64,000 nt of DNA, taken from contig CAWDVE010000017.1 in NCBI GenBank assembly GCA_963805625.1, forward strand, positions 288,001-352,000. The letters run 5' to 3'. This DNA comes from an uncultured Candidatus Rokubacteria bacterium (GTDB lineage Bacteria; Methylomirabilota; Methylomirabilia; Rokubacteriales; DASRDR01). The notes beneath the pieces were generated by a model that ran no database searches, was not told the origin of the DNA, and saw nothing but the letters and a program-made list of their open reading frames with translations. The position numbers and the translations under genes are program-made. Below are positions 62,419-64,000 of the stretch, piece after piece; position 1 is the stretch's first letter, and each line of letters begins with the position of its first letter.

Positions 62419-63915
62419 GGCCGTGTCCCGAATGATGTGGAAAAGGCTTCTCGGGGATCGGAGCACGTTGGGCTCGGATCGCGGGCGACGCCCGATTTCG
62501 GGGGATACCAGGATATGGGTCGCCCCGTCAAACGGGATCCTGAGGCAATTGTGCGATTGCGGAATTGAGGCCATTGGCGTCAGGCGGCCTCTTCCGCCTT
62601 CGGCGCCGGGATCGTGAACGCGAGGGCCATGTCGTGCCAGCCCTCGAGCTTCCGGAAGGAGATCTGCCCTGAGGCCATGAGGCCATAGAGCAGAGCCAGG
62701 GCGGCATCCGCCGTGGGAAAGCTCCCTTGAGTCTTCACCCGACGCCGGAACTCGAGATGCAGACGCTCAATGCTGTTCGTCGTGCGCCAGCTCTTCCACT
62801 GGCTCCGGGGGTAGCGGAAGAACGTGAGCAACTCGGCCCCCGCCTCCTCCAGGCTGGTGACAGCCGCCAGGCAACCCTTGGTCCACTTCTTCACGAAGGC
62901 CAGGTACGCGCGCCGGGCGGCGGCCCCGTCTTCGGCGAAGACGATCGCGTGGTAGTCGTCGCGGAGCTCGTCATGGAGCCGCCGCGGGGCATGGGTCAGC
63001 AGGTTCCGGAGCTTGTGGACGGTACACCGCTGGATCGCCGCCGCCGGCCACGTCCGTTCGACCGCGGCGCGCAGCCCCTTGCCCCCATCGAGGACGCAGA
63101 GCTGGGGCGCGCGCACGCCCCGAGCGGCCAGGTCCTCGCAGACCGCCGCCCAGGCCTCGGCACTCTCGCTCCCGCGGAGCGACAGATGCACCAGGACCTT
63201 CTGGCCGCTCCGCTGCACTCCCAGGACGGCCAGCACCGGGACCGGGCTCACGCGCCCGCCCAGCCGCACCCGCAGGTGAAAGCCATCCAGGTAGAGGGCG
63301 ACGAGATCGAGATCGGACAGCGTCCGCGCCCGCCAGGCCTCGAGCTGGGCTTTCAACCCCTGGACGATCCGGCTGATCGCGCTCTTCGACAAGGCCCGGC
63401 CCTGCAGCAACGGTTTCAGGGCGCCACGGATCCGGCGTGTGTTCGCCCCGCACAGGTAGGCCTGCAGGACGGCCTCGTTGACCTGCCGCATCCGCCGAGC
63501 GTAGGCCGGCAGGACCTGGCTCTGCCATTCGGTGGCGGCGCTGGCTCCGGCCTGCAGACGGGCCCGGGGCACGGTCAGCGTCACGGCGCCCACCGGGCTG
63601 GTGATCGTGCGCACCTTCGACCCGTGGCGATACCCCACCCGGCTCCCGCCACGCGCGTACGGGGGACCGAGCACCGCGGCGAGCTCCACGGCCACGAGGT
63701 GTTCAATGGCCTGCCGCACCACGCTCAGCATGTCGGCCTGCAGGGCGGTGGCCCAATCGATGTCGGCCGGCTTGTCCGCGGTCGTCTTCTGTGGCAACGT
63801 CGGCATCGGCGTATCTCCTCTCGGTGCGCCCCGCCAAGGGCGTCAACGGTTGGTGGTCTCCAATCCACCGAGAAGATACGCCATTTCTCTTTTCCACAAC
63901 TATCGGGACGCCGCC
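62419..63915 (-). mobile_element. IS256 family element
   Basis: IRs GGCCGTGTCCCGAATGATGTGGAAAAG / GGCGGCGTCCCGATAGTTGTGGAAAAAG; 8-bp TSD CGGCATGG (62411-62418 / 63916-63923). Confidence 0.9.
62580..63806 (-). CDS. IS256 family (Mutator-like) transposase
   Basis: LYLDG, LDGGKGL, QRCTVHK, TTNSIERLHLEFRRR. Confidence 0.93.
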   Translation of the reverse strand: MPTLPQKTTADKPADIDWATALQADMLSVVRQAIEHLVAVELAAVLGPPYARGGSRVGYRHGSKVRTITSPVGAVTLTVPRARLQAGASAATEWQSQVLPAYARRMRQVNEAVLQAYLCGANTRRIRGALKPLLQGRALSKSAISRIVQGLKAQLEAWRARTLSDLDLVALYLDGFHLRVRLGGRVSPVPVLAVLGVQRSGQKVLVHLSLRGSESAEAWAAVCEDLAARGVRAPQLCVLDGGKGLRAAVERTWPAAAIQRCTVHKLRNLLTHAPRRLHDELRDDYHAIVFAEDGAAARRAYLAFVKKWTKGCLAAVTSLEEAGAELLTFFRYPRSQWKSWRTTNSIERLHLEFRRRVKTQGSFPTADAALALLYGLMASGQISFRKLEGWHDMALAFTIPAPKAEEAA

Positions 63916-64000
63916 CGGCATGGGGTGACACTCTCACTGAACAGTTAGCCCATGACATTCTTATGGACCAACAGCACTTTGCCGCCGCTTCCTTGACGCC

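Larger units (their letters stand above)
60976..63975 (-). mobile_element. IS1202-like insertion sequence, copy 2, interrupted by IS256
   Basis: End GTAGCTGTCCAGTGAAAATGTCAC resembles the copy-1 end GTCGCTGTCCAGTAGAAATGTCC; 18-bp TSD. Confidence 0.85.

Overview
High-GC bacterial chromosome segment. Gene content and style suggest Candidatus Rokubacteria/Methylomirabilota or a similar diderm soil bacterium (inference only). The housekeeping backbone comprises prmA-rsmE-archease, a sigma54-type promoter before lpxC-DUF4390-ntrY-ntrX-ggt, a PyrR-attenuated pyrR-pyrB-pyrC-carA-orf-carB-pyrF-pyrE operon, a NitT/TauT-type ABC transporter, yicC-gmk-rpoZ-coaBC-udg-priA-def-fmt-rsmB-rpe, and NHEJ genes (ligD/ku) plus a second ATP-dependent ligase. 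The left end holds a cyclic-nucleotide signalling cluster (CHASE2 protein, MBL hydrolase, STAS, Omp85, CNG channel). There are five IS elements with definable ends: two IS1202-like, one ISNCY-like, one IS481-like, and one IS256 nested in an IS1202-like copy. Also present are a 4.7-kb relic island flanked by 17-bp direct repeats, a 104-bp GGGGTCAG-ended palindromic element and many gene fragments. The most striking pattern: three rve/DDE IS insertions and the island all have their target-site duplication ending at the upstream edge of a sigma70-like -35 box, and all three transposases are divergent from that promoter. This suggests promoter-guided 'safe haven' targeting, which is a hypothesis that needs genome-wide testing.
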